From the NCBI GenBank assembly GCA_015233115.1, contig JADFYJ010000006.1, positions 595 to 64,594 of the forward strand: DNA of 64,000 bases, in the 5' to 3' direction. The notes under the pieces are model-generated. The model did no database searches and was not told the DNA's origin. It saw only the letters and a list, made by a program, of their open reading frames with translations. The translations under genes were made by a program, and so were the position numbers. Below are positions 1 to 8,385 of this stretch, piece after piece; the stretch's first letter is position 1; every line of letters begins with the position of its first letter. Source of the stretch: Candidatus Omnitrophota bacterium (GTDB lineage Bacteria; Omnitrophota; Gorgyraeia; Zapsychrales; Zapsychraceae).

Positions 1-1
1 C

Positions 2-202
2 CGTAAGAATAATGTGAGTGTTCGCATTGAACAATGCGGGTGCGCGGGCATGTGTTTTGCTGAGCCGCTGGTTGAGGTTTTCGTCGAAGGCGTGCCGCAA
101 GTCACGTACGGCGCGGTTAAAGAAGATACCGCCAGGGCCATCATTCAAAAGCATGTGATGGGCAAAGAAATTTTAAATGATTATATTTATAAAATGCAAT
201 GA
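2..202 (+). CDS. Thioredoxin-like [2Fe-2S] ferredoxin subunit (HndB-like) of NAD-linked [FeFe]-hydrogenase, 5'-truncated by window edge
   Basis: GCAGMCFAEPLVEV...VTYG motif; frame open from window start; lies upstream of NuoF-like and HydA genes. Confidence 0.8.
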   Translation, partial: RKNNVSVRIEQCGCAGMCFAEPLVEVFVEGVPQVTYGAVKEDTARAIIQKHVMGKEILNDYIYKMQ

Positions 203-207
203 TATAA

Positions 208-370
208 ATTTTATTGGTTTTTGGTTAATGGTTTTTGGTTAATGGTTTTTGGGTGTTGGAAATAGAAACCAAGCTTTTTTTAAAAAACAAAAACTATCAA
301 CCATGAAATATAATTTTTTGAAACCAATTTTTTCTAAAAACCATAAACCATCAACTAACAACCATAAAAT
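208..370. repeat. Intergenic element with inverted arms of 7-mer tandem repeats (TGGTTWW family)
   Basis: Left arm TGGTTTT/TGGTTAA x5-6 at 215-256; right arm AAAACCA TAAACCA TCAACTA ACAACCA at 337-364; an extra partial right arm at 290-303. Confidence 0.85.
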
Positions 371-393
371 ATAATTTTTAAAGGGTAATTATC

Positions 394-2127
394 ATGGGCT
401 ACGAGAAAAGAATTTTTATTTGTGATACGGACGGCGGAAATATTAAACCTTTTGAAGACGCGTTAAACGCCAATCTCCGGGCAGAAGGCTTGGTGGAAAA
501 GGTGCAGATCGTGCGGCTGGCAGATGCGGGCATATACCGCAAAGGCGTTATGGTTAAAGTCACCCCGGAAAATATCGTTTATATCGATGTCAAGATGGAC
601 GACATTAAAAAGATCGTGGATTCAACTGTCAAAATGGGACAGGCCGCGCCCGATATCGCGCAAAAGCCGCCGGAAAAACAGCTTAAAATTGTTTTACGCA
701 ATTGTGGAAATGTTGATCCTGAACGCATTGAAGATTATGTGGCGTTAGACGGGTATAAAGCTCTGAGTAAAGTCTTAGAATCAATGAATCCGGACCAGGT
801 CATTGATGAAATGAAAAAGAGCGGATTACGCGGACGCGGCGGCGGAGGATATCCGACCGGATTAAAATGGAGTTTTGCCCGCAAAGTCCAGGATGACCAG
901 AAATTTATTATTTGTAACGGGGATGAAGGCGATCCCGGTGCTTACATGGACCGCAGTGTTTTGGAAGGTGACCCGCATTCCGTGTTGGAAGGGATGACAA
1001 TCGGTGGTTATGCCATTGGCGCGTCTAAAGGATTTTTGTATATCCGCGCGGAATATCCGCTGGCTGTGGCACGCGTTGAAAAAGCGATTGAGCAGGCGAG
1101 AGCGTCCGGATTTTTAGGGAAAAATATTTTCGGGTCAGGTTTTGACTTTGACTTGGAAGTGCGTTTAGGCGCAGGGGCGTTTGTGTGCGGGGAAGAAACC
1201 GCATTGATCGCGTCTGTCGAAGGAAAACGCGGCTGTCCCCGTCCCCGTCCACCGTTTCCGGCTGTCAAAGGCTTGTGGAATAAGCCGACGATCATCAACA
1301 ATGTGGAAACATTAGCGAATATTCCTTATATCTTTTTAAATGGAGCGGAAAATTTCGCGAAAATCGGTACGGAATCCTCACGCGGGACCAAAGTTTTTGC
1401 CGTGACCGGTAAAGTCAAACATTCGGGCTTAGTCGAAGTTCCTATGGGGACGACGCTGCGTGAAATCGTGTTTGATATCGGCGGTGGAATTTTGGATGAC
1501 AAAAAAATTAAGGCTGTACAGACCGGCGGTCCGTCGGGCGGGGTTATCCCGGAGAATTTTCTGGATACGCCTGTTGATTATGATAATTTAGGCAAGCTCG
1601 GCTCCATCATGGGATCAGGCGGTATGATCGTCATGGATGAAGGCGATTGTGTGGTGGATATTTCCAAGTTTTATCTGGGCTTTTGCGTGGATGAATCATG
1701 CGGAAAATGTGCGCCTTGCCGTATCGGCGGGAAGCAGATGCTGACGATATTGGAGAAAATATCTCAGGGTAAAGGAGAATTATCAGACCTGGATAATTTA
1801 CGCAAAATATCTTTTGCCATGAAAAAAGCCTCTTTGTGCGGATTGGGCCAAACCGCTTCGAATCCGGTGCTGTCAACGCTGCGTTATTTCGAATTGGATT
1901 ATAAACAGCATGTGGTGGATAAACGCTGTTTTCAAGGTAAATGCAAAGACTTGTTCGTATTTACGATCATTCAGGATAAATGTAAAAAATGCAGTTTGTG
2001 TCAGCGGAATTGTCCGGTCGACGCGATCAGCGGCAGCCGTGAAGAAGGATTTTTAATCGACCAGAAAAAATGCACGCGTTGTGGCCGGTGTTTTGAAGCG
2101 TGTAAGTTTGATGCAATTTCGAGATAA
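394..2127 (+). CDS. NADH-binding flavoprotein subunit (HydB/HndC, NuoF-like) of [FeFe]-hydrogenase
   Basis: GLRGRGGGGYPTG, CNGDEGDPGAYMDR, GAFVCGEETAL, ESCGKCAPCR..SLCGLG; C-terminal 2x[4Fe-4S] (CKKCSLCQRNCP, CTRCGRCFEAC). Confidence 0.93.
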   Translation: MGYEKRIFICDTDGGNIKPFEDALNANLRAEGLVEKVQIVRLADAGIYRKGVMVKVTPENIVYIDVKMDDIKKIVDSTVKMGQAAPDIAQKPPEKQLKIVLRNCGNVDPERIEDYVALDGYKALSKVLESMNPDQVIDEMKKSGLRGRGGGGYPTGLKWSFARKVQDDQKFIICNGDEGDPGAYMDRSVLEGDPHSVLEGMTIGGYAIGASKGFLYIRAEYPLAVARVEKAIEQARASGFLGKNIFGSGFDFDLEVRLGAGAFVCGEETALIASVEGKRGCPRPRPPFPAVKGLWNKPTIINNVETLANIPYIFLNGAENFAKIGTESSRGTKVFAVTGKVKHSGLVEVPMGTTLREIVFDIGGGILDDKKIKAVQTGGPSGGVIPENFLDTPVDYDNLGKLGSIMGSGGMIVMDEGDCVVDISKFYLGFCVDESCGKCAPCRIGGKQMLTILEKISQGKGELSDLDNLRKISFAMKKASLCGLGQTASNPVLSTLRYFELDYKQHVVDKRCFQGKCKDLFVFTIIQDKCKKCSLCQRNCPVDAISGSREEGFLIDQKKCTRCGRCFEACKFDAISR

Positions 2128-2129
2128 TG

Positions 2130-2316
2130 GGTATAGAATGTCGTATGTAGTATATAGAAAAAGTGAATGATGGTAAAGTGTTCATTGAAAGTTAGGTTAG
2201 GAAGAGAGCAAAGAGCTGATGAGCAAATAAAAATCATTCGTTTTTTCCAATTTTTTATTATCTATCTTTTATTTTTTGAATTTTTTACTACATACCACCT
2301 ACCACATACTACATAC
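2130..2316. repeat. Intergenic element with inverted 7-mer tandem-repeat arms (TAGTATG/CATACTA family)
   Basis: Left GGTATAG AATGTCG TATGTAG TATATAG at 2130-2157; right CTACATA CCACCTA CCACATA CTACATA at 2288-2315. Confidence 0.8.
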
Positions 2317-2350
2317 GTTTAAATTAGACAAAACAAGGAGTACTTTTCAA

Positions 2351-4093
2351 ATGGGTAAAGCAAATATAAATGGGTTCGCGGTGGAATTTCAGGACGGGAT
2401 GACTATCCTGGACGCGGCGCGGAAAGTCCAAATTGATATTCCAACTCTATGTAAGCATCCGGATGTTTTAGCGTCCGGAGCTTGCGGGATTTGTATTGTG
2501 AAGATGAAGGGGAATAACCGCATGCTGCGCGCGTGTTGTACTCCAATTGAAGAAGGTATGGATATTATTACTCATGACCCGGAGATCGTAGAAACCCGCC
2601 GAACAGTTTTGGAATTGATTTTATCCAACCATCCTAACGATTGTTTGCAATGCGGCCGCAATAATAATTGCGAACTGCAGACTATGGCATCTAATTTTGG
2701 TATCCGCGAAATTCCTTTTCCTAAAGTTGTGCCGGATATCCCCAAAGATACGTCTACGGATGCTATTGTTTTAGACCCGTCAAAATGTATTAAATGTGGA
2801 CGCTGTGTTGAGATGTGCCAGCATGTGCAGGATGTGTGGGCTTTATCATTTTTGGATCGGGGGATTGATACACGTATTTCTCCAGCCGGAGATATTTTAT
2901 TGGGAGATTCTCCTTGCGTGCGTTGCGGCCAGTGTTCAGCGCATTGTCCGACCGGAGCCATATTTGAGCAGGATGATACGGCGAAAGTTTGGAAAGTTCT
3001 TCAGGATCCTGACAAATATTGTGTGGTGCAAATCGCGCCGGCAGTGCGGGTTGCGGTTGGCGAAGGTTTCGGTTTGCCTCCAGGCACAAATTTAACCGGA
3101 AAATTATATACGTTATTACGCCGCTTAGGTTTTAAAGCGGTATTTGACACGAATTTTTCCGCGGATGTGACGATCATGGAAGAAGGATCAGAATTTGTGC
3201 AGAGATTTGTCCATAAAAAAGGCCCGCTGCCTTTGATCACGACTTGCTGTCCGTCGTGGGTGGATTATATGGAGAAATTTGACCCGGATATGATCGAGCA
3301 TTTCTCGTCGGCAAAGTCCCCGCAGGAGATGTTAGGTGCTTTATCCAAAACATATTATGCTCAGAAAAATGACCTGGATCCGGCTAAGATCGTAAATATT
3401 TCGGTCATGCCGTGTACAGCCAAGAAGTATGAGCTTAAACGCAGTAAATCTATGTATTCTTCAGGATACCAGGATACGGATATTGTCATCACGACTCGGG
3501 AACTGATCCGCATGATCAAACAGGCAGGAATTGAATTTACGAATTTACCGGAAGAACAACCGGATCATATCATGGGCGATTATACTGGTGCAGGGACGAT
3601 ATTCGGCGCAACCGGAGGGGTTATGGAAGCGGCTTTGCGTACTGCTTATCATTTGGTCACCCAAAAAGAGCTCGGCCGGGTAGAATTTGAAAATGTCCGC
3701 GGGTTAAAAGGCGTGAAAGAAACATCGGTATTTATAGAAGGGACGGAAATTAAGATTGCTGTAGCCCATGGTTTGGGTAATGTGGAATACGTCATTAATA
3801 AAATTCGTCAAGGCAAAAAAGAAGGAAAAATGCCTTACCATTTCGTCGAAGTTATGGCTTGCCCGGGTGGATGCATCGGCGGAGGCGGTCAGCCTTACGG
3901 TATTACGGACGCGGTCCGCACCCAACGCACTCAAGGGCTATATTCCGACGATGAAAAATCCACATTAAGATGCAGTCATCATAACCCTTATGTGAAAAAA
4001 TTATATGACGAATTTCTGGGCCATCCTTTGAGCCATAAAGCTCATGAGTTGTTGCATACGCGCTATGTTCCAAGGCCGGAGTATAAGAAGTAG
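2351..4093 (+). CDS. hydA: [FeFe]-hydrogenase catalytic subunit (group A, HydA/HndD)
   Basis: H-cluster motifs ITTCCPSWV, VMPCTAKKYE, EVMACPGGCIGGGGQP; N-terminal [2Fe-2S], His-ligated and 2x[4Fe-4S] motifs; start placed at ATG 2351 after AAGGAG (the ORF-track extension from 2276 is repeat-derived). Confidence 0.96.
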   Translation: MGKANINGFAVEFQDGMTILDAARKVQIDIPTLCKHPDVLASGACGICIVKMKGNNRMLRACCTPIEEGMDIITHDPEIVETRRTVLELILSNHPNDCLQCGRNNNCELQTMASNFGIREIPFPKVVPDIPKDTSTDAIVLDPSKCIKCGRCVEMCQHVQDVWALSFLDRGIDTRISPAGDILLGDSPCVRCGQCSAHCPTGAIFEQDDTAKVWKVLQDPDKYCVVQIAPAVRVAVGEGFGLPPGTNLTGKLYTLLRRLGFKAVFDTNFSADVTIMEEGSEFVQRFVHKKGPLPLITTCCPSWVDYMEKFDPDMIEHFSSAKSPQEMLGALSKTYYAQKNDLDPAKIVNISVMPCTAKKYELKRSKSMYSSGYQDTDIVITTRELIRMIKQAGIEFTNLPEEQPDHIMGDYTGAGTIFGATGGVMEAALRTAYHLVTQKELGRVEFENVRGLKGVKETSVFIEGTEIKIAVAHGLGNVEYVINKIRQGKKEGKMPYHFVEVMACPGGCIGGGGQPYGITDAVRTQRTQGLYSDDEKSTLRCSHHNPYVKKLYDEFLGHPLSHKAHELLHTRYVPRPEYKK

Positions 4094-4094
4094 T

Positions 4095-4124
4095 TTGGCA
4101 ATTCACCAAGAAGGATGATATACT
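4095..4124 (+). promoter_or_regulatory. Sigma70-type promoter upstream of the riboswitch
   Basis: TTGGCA (4095-4100), 18 bp, extended -10 TGaTATACT (4116-4124). Confidence 0.6.
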
Positions 4125-4135
4125 TTAGCTAAGAG

Positions 4136-4219
4136 ATGTGAAAGGTAAACCACCCGTAAGGATGGGACACAAAGCTATAGGGCCCTGTACCAGAGGTAGA
4201 GGGTAGCCAGTTGCCGCGA
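4136..4219 (+). ncRNA. c-di-GMP-I (GEMM) riboswitch aptamer
   Basis: AAAGGTAAACCACCC-GTAA-GGATGGGACACAAAGCTATAGGGCC...GGTAGCCAGTTGCCG matches the class I consensus (GGYAAAC..GNRA..GACRCAAAGC..GYAGC..GTTRCC). Confidence 0.88.
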
Positions 4220-4233
4220 GAAAAAAATTTGTG

Positions 4234-4268
4234 AGCCTATTCCTAGTAAAAGGGGAATAGGCTTTTTT
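4234..4268 (+). terminator. Intrinsic terminator, probable riboswitch expression platform
   Basis: AGCCTATTCC-loop-GGAATAGGCT followed by a T run. Confidence 0.85.
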
Positions 4269-4279
4269 GCTAATATTGT

Positions 4280-4308
4280 TTGACAGGGGAAGGAGGTGAG
4301 AGTAAAAT
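4280..4308 (+). promoter_or_regulatory. Second sigma70-type promoter, downstream of the riboswitch terminator
   Basis: TTGACA (4280-4285), 17 bp, TAAAAT (4303-4308). Confidence 0.7.
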
Positions 4309-4453
4309 CAATGCAGTAAAAATTTTAAAGTGAAAGGGGCCATTTGGTTACGGTAATTCGGAGGATACGAAACGGTCTTATAAATCATTCTTTATACCGT
4401 CAGCGCATCCGAAAACTTTAGCCAGCGGCTCTAAACCAAACAAGGAGGATCAG

Positions 4454-4840
4454 ATGAGAAGAGGACAAAAAGGTTTTACGCTGGTGGAAATCATGATCGT
4501 TGTGGCGATTATCGCGTTATTAGCCGCGATCGCGATTCCTAACTTGCTAAGAGCCAAAGTTTCGGCTAACGAAGCTTTAGCGCAAAGCACATTAAAAACA
4601 CTATCAACGTCTATTGAAACTTATACAACAGCGAATAACGGTCTTTATCCGAACGCTGAGAACTTGTTAACGGGTGCTACACCGCCATATTTGAATACGG
4701 CTTATTGCGGTCTAAGTCTTAGCGGTTACACCTATGCTTGTACTTTGGCTACCGGGGGTTACACGATTGTGGCGACTAATAATTCAACCAGCACAGGTAC
4801 CAGAACATTCACAGTTACAACAGGAGGCATTTTACGCTAA
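4454..4840 (+). CDS. Type IV major pilin (PilA-like)
   Basis: Class III signal KG|FTLVEIMIVVAIIALLAAIAIP; strong RBS AAGGAGG; own terminator; C-terminal Cys pair. Confidence 0.9.
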   Translation: MRRGQKGFTLVEIMIVVAIIALLAAIAIPNLLRAKVSANEALAQSTLKTLSTSIETYTTANNGLYPNAENLLTGATPPYLNTAYCGLSLSGYTYACTLATGGYTIVATNNSTSTGTRTFTVTTGGILR

Positions 4841-4866
4841 TTGTGGTGATATAAAGTGAATTGGCG

Positions 4867-4893
4867 GGGGCTTAGCAATAAGCCCCTTTTTTT
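4867..4893 (+). terminator. Intrinsic terminator after major pilin
   Basis: GGGGCTTA-GCAA-TAAGCCCC followed by T7. Confidence 0.9.
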
Positions 4894-4901
4894 ATAAATG
4901 A

Positions 4902-4971
4902 GCTCATCACTTAGAGAGCGAAGCGAACTAAGTGATTTGAGCGAATTTAGTTCCGTGCGAAGCTAGGAACT
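4902..4971. repeat. Palindromic element with two GCGAAGC-containing hairpins
   Basis: GCTCATCACTTAG..CTAAGTGATTTGAGC and AGTTCC-GTGCGAAGCTA-GGAACT; shares TTCGCTCAAA (opposite strand) with the element at 20423-20510. Confidence 0.55.
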
Positions 4972-4997
4972 TCAACGCGGTCAAAATTGGAGGGGGG

Positions 4998-5465
4998 ATG
5001 GGGAAGAAGATAAATAATTCAGGCATGAGTTTAGTTGAGCTCATGGTGGCGTGCGGCATATTGGCTGTCTTCTTTTTGGGAGTAATAATTGTTTTTATTA
5101 AATGTATCCAGATGACTGAATTAGCCCGCAATTCTTCTCTCGCGATGTCGCTCGCGAAAACCCGCATGGAACAAATCCGCTTGCACAATAATATTCCTTT
5201 TAATCAAGTTCTCCTGACATATGATGGAATTATTTTTCCTACACCAGGCCTTAACGGTAAAGGAGTCAGCTATGTTGACGCGGATATCACGAATCCTAAA
5301 TTATTGACTGTAACGGTTGAGGTGTCCTGGAGAGAAAAAAGCGGACTTATTGTGGGAGAAGACAAAAATTTAGACGGTCAATTTGAAGTGGGGGAAGATA
5401 CTCTGGTGGTTAATACCCGCTTAGATTCCCCGGCTGAAATTACAGGGATAATTTATGATTACTAA
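4998..5465 (+). CDS. Type IV minor pilin (PilV-like)
   Basis: SG|MSLVELMVA prepilin motif; VTVEVSW strand. Confidence 0.8.
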   Translation: MGKKINNSGMSLVELMVACGILAVFFLGVIIVFIKCIQMTELARNSSLAMSLAKTRMEQIRLHNNIPFNQVLLTYDGIIFPTPGLNGKGVSYVDADITNPKLLTVTVEVSWREKSGLIVGEDKNLDGQFEVGEDTLVVNTRLDSPAEITGIIYDY

Positions 5466-6171
5466 TGAACGAAAAAATAATAACCGCGCGGGATATAGCC
5501 TTCTTGAGCTGATGGTTGTCATCGCGATTTTAATGATGTTAATGAGCGCGTTATTTCGTCTGTTAGGCCGGGGGAGTGAAGTGTGGACTTTGTCGGATAC
5601 GAAAATTGATTTACAAAGTAATTTGCGATCATTAAGGGACCGGATCGCGGGTGAATTAGAGCAAAGCGGATCAGATGGAACGAACATGAAAGTATTTATT
5701 TCGCAGGGCACGGGAGTCAATAGTTCTGATGTCCTCAAGTTTTCTATTCCTGTTGTGTGTCAGAGCGGGGGAAGTATTATGAATTCTACGGCGGATGTAG
5801 CGTATTGGGGCGCGCCTTTAACGTATGGATGTACAGATTATACTTGCATGGATCATGATAACAATTGCGCGACTATTGATTACACTTGGCTGGTATACCA
5901 GTTAAAGTTAAATACAGATTTAACCCAATTGAATAAAAATAATCCGGTCCAGCAGTATCAACTTGTCCGTCAAGTTTTGGGCGCGGACGGAACAACTGTG
6001 GTGCGCGAAGACGTTATGGGCGCGAATGTGCCTGGTTTTAAAGCGTCCTTTGATACGGCCTCAAACGCGTTGATCACGCTGACTTTGACGGCTTCGGGTA
6101 TTTCGAATTTCCGTCGGACGGTATTGCCAATGACCACGACCTTTGAAGTGAACCTGCGGAATAAGAGGTGA
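5455..6171 (+). CDS. Type IV minor pilin (PilW-like)
   Basis: AG|YSLLELMVVIAIL prepilin motif; C-terminal VNLRN. Confidence 0.82.
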   Translation: MITNERKNNNRAGYSLLELMVVIAILMMLMSALFRLLGRGSEVWTLSDTKIDLQSNLRSLRDRIAGELEQSGSDGTNMKVFISQGTGVNSSDVLKFSIPVVCQSGGSIMNSTADVAYWGAPLTYGCTDYTCMDHDNNCATIDYTWLVYQLKLNTDLTQLNKNNPVQQYQLVRQVLGADGTTVVREDVMGANVPGFKASFDTASNALITLTLTASGISNFRRTVLPMTTTFEVNLRNKR

Positions 6172-6174
6172 GAC

Positions 6175-7914
6175 ATGAACAATAGTGCCATGATGCGACG
6201 GATGTTGAAACCGCTCCAAAATAAAAAAGGAGTGGCCATGATCTTCACATTTTACCTGATTACCGTACTGATTGTGTTTGTGAGCATCGTCGCGGTGCGG
6301 ACGTTGAATGAAGGCCTGATGGCGAAAAAGGAACGCGAGTCGACAAAAGCTTTTTATTACGCCGAGGCAGGAGCAAACGCGGCTTTGCAGCAGATAGAAC
6401 ATTTTATCAATACCGACCTTTACGCGAACGTTAACAGCGCGTTCAATCCTCAAACTAAAGCTACAGAGATTCAGGGCTACGCGTGGGCCAATAAACCTTT
6501 AGACTTCCTTTTTAATTGTGCGCTTTCGGGAGGAGTAAATGATTTTACATATAACGTGGATAAGACGCAATTATCGAATACCTTGGGGACAACAGTATTG
6601 GGAGATGGCGCGTATACCTATACCGTGACGATCACTCCCAAAAGCACGCCGGTCTCTGTATCCTCTTCTTCCTGGAATTTTTTCTATAATTATAAAATTG
6701 TCGTGTGGGGTATTCGCGGGGCCGTAAATAAAATTATGTCCGCGACGGGTGATTTTCAAGTGACCGTACAAAAAGATAATATCGCGAAATTCGCGGTGAG
6801 CGTTCAGCAACAAAAACTCAAAGATAATACAACGCTAGTATGGTTCAATAATAACACTTATTTTAGAGGGCCGGTCCAATCCAATAATCAGCTCAATTTT
6901 TCCGGAACACCGGAATTTGACGGTGCGGTCACGCAGACTAATAATCTGGCCAATTTTTATAATGGCGGAAATATTAAACAATTGGCCAGCGACCACAATT
7001 CAACTTTGGATGTCCCGGTGTTTAATCAGTCGTTTTCCCGTAACTATCCCGCGGTGAGTCTGGATTCATCCACTGCGCAGACTGATCTTTCAAGTCAAGC
7101 TCAGGGGGCGGTTGCTCTTTCCGGGAACGGAGTTTTTATTCCGAATGATGGCACCAGAGTAACCGGAGGAATATTTACCCGGGGAGATACAACCATCCAG
7201 ATGTCCGTTGATTCGAATGGATATGCGAATTATACCGTAGGCGCTAATGGTACAACTAAAACGATTATTGTGGATCAAGACCATTTGACGACAACGGTCA
7301 AACAGGCAGGGTTAGCGGATGTGGTTTATGTCGGCTTACCTGATGGGGCGAGTAATCAAGGAACTATTATTTATACGGATGGAAAAATAACTAGTTTAAA
7401 GGGGACAGTACAACAAGATACGCAAGTGACTGTTTCCAGTGATGCGGATATTGTGATTACCGATAATATTGTGTATTCGGATTTCACCTCTCAAGTCGGA
7501 AACCCCGCTGATGACGATTATATTCCTCCGTCGGCGGAAGGCGCGAAGAATTTGTTAGGAATATTATCGTGGAACGGTGATGTGCGCGTCGCGGTTCCGT
7601 CAAGCGCGCATAGTGATTTGACCATTGATGGTGTAGTCGTGGCACAAAAAGGGGTATTCCAGGTTGACAGTTACAATTCTGGTTCTCCCCGCGGGACTGT
7701 GACGTTATTAGGAGGATCTATCACCCAAAACTATGGCGCGTTTGGGACGTTTGACGGGTCGACTCAAAGTATGCTGACTGGTTACGCGAGAAATTTTGTT
7801 TATGATTCGCGGACCGGAGCCGGACAATCTCCGCCATATTTTCCGCCTTTAAAAGCGTCAGTGGCTTTTTCCACGGATATAACAGATAAAGTGATTTGGA
7901 GGGAGGGCTTTTAG
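6175..7914 (+). CDS. PilX-like large pilin / tip adhesin
   Basis: KKG|VAMIF hydrophobic N-terminus lacking Glu5; AFYYAEAG motif; beta-rich C-terminal domain ending YDSR...PPYFP. Confidence 0.75.
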   Translation: MNNSAMMRRMLKPLQNKKGVAMIFTFYLITVLIVFVSIVAVRTLNEGLMAKKERESTKAFYYAEAGANAALQQIEHFINTDLYANVNSAFNPQTKATEIQGYAWANKPLDFLFNCALSGGVNDFTYNVDKTQLSNTLGTTVLGDGAYTYTVTITPKSTPVSVSSSSWNFFYNYKIVVWGIRGAVNKIMSATGDFQVTVQKDNIAKFAVSVQQQKLKDNTTLVWFNNNTYFRGPVQSNNQLNFSGTPEFDGAVTQTNNLANFYNGGNIKQLASDHNSTLDVPVFNQSFSRNYPAVSLDSSTAQTDLSSQAQGAVALSGNGVFIPNDGTRVTGGIFTRGDTTIQMSVDSNGYANYTVGANGTTKTIIVDQDHLTTTVKQAGLADVVYVGLPDGASNQGTIIYTDGKITSLKGTVQQDTQVTVSSDADIVITDNIVYSDFTSQVGNPADDDYIPPSAEGAKNLLGILSWNGDVRVAVPSSAHSDLTIDGVVVAQKGVFQVDSYNSGSPRGTVTLLGGSITQNYGAFGTFDGSTQSMLTGYARNFVYDSRTGAGQSPPYFPPLKASVAFSTDITDKVIWREGF

Positions 7915-7915
7915 A

Positions 7916-8221
7916 ATGAAATCGAATAAAGCGACAGTGATGATTGTAGCCGGAGCGATTATTTTCATGCTATTACTCGTCAATCATTGGGTATCCCGAC
8001 AAATGAAAGACGCGTTAAATGTGCCGAGAGTTGGCCATAGCATCCCTGTTCAAAAATCTTCAGAACCAAAGGCTGACCCAAAGTTTGATGATGCGGCGCC
8101 AGTATCTTCTGAAGCGCAACCAAAGGTTTTACCCAGAAAACATGGGCATATAAAACGGCCGTTTCCAGTGGTCAGTGAAGAAAAAAGTGATGCACCGCGG
8201 GGCCCGATTTTGGTGCAATGA
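7916..8221 (+). CDS. Small membrane-anchored hypothetical protein
   Basis: 101-aa ORF immediately after the PilX-like gene; one N-terminal hydrophobic segment. Confidence 0.6.
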   Translation: MKSNKATVMIVAGAIIFMLLLVNHWVSRQMKDALNVPRVGHSIPVQKSSEPKADPKFDDAAPVSSEAQPKVLPRKHGHIKRPFPVVSEEKSDAPRGPILVQ

Positions 8222-8229
8222 CAAAACGC

Positions 8230-8271
8230 GTGACAGTGTAACAATGTGACAATGAAAAAGCGGTTGGTTGG
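8230..8271. repeat. Solitary left arm of 8-mer tandem repeats (GTRACART) plus shared inner motif
   Basis: GTGACAGT GTAACAAT GTGACAAT then GAAAAAGCGGTTGG. Confidence 0.6.
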
Positions 8272-8336
8272 AAAGGCGCATTACTTTTTTAAATAATAAA
8301 TTAAATTTGAATTAAATATTGCCTGCCTTGTTTTTT

Positions 8337-8345
8337 TGCTATAAT
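8337..8345 (+). promoter_or_regulatory. Extended -10 promoter for pilMNOPQ
   Basis: TGcTATAAT 40 nt upstream of the pilM start. Confidence 0.5.
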
Positions 8346-8385
8346 CCATTGTATAAATTCTAACTCATAATTTTACCCTAATAAA

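Noticed and set aside
2276-2350. N-terminal extensions of HydA, PlsC (20426), L1 (33343), L7/L12 (34600), L29 (52031) and Map (58821) in the ORF track
   Set aside because: They run through repeat elements, spacers or upstream genes; downstream ATGs match family starts and often have RBSs
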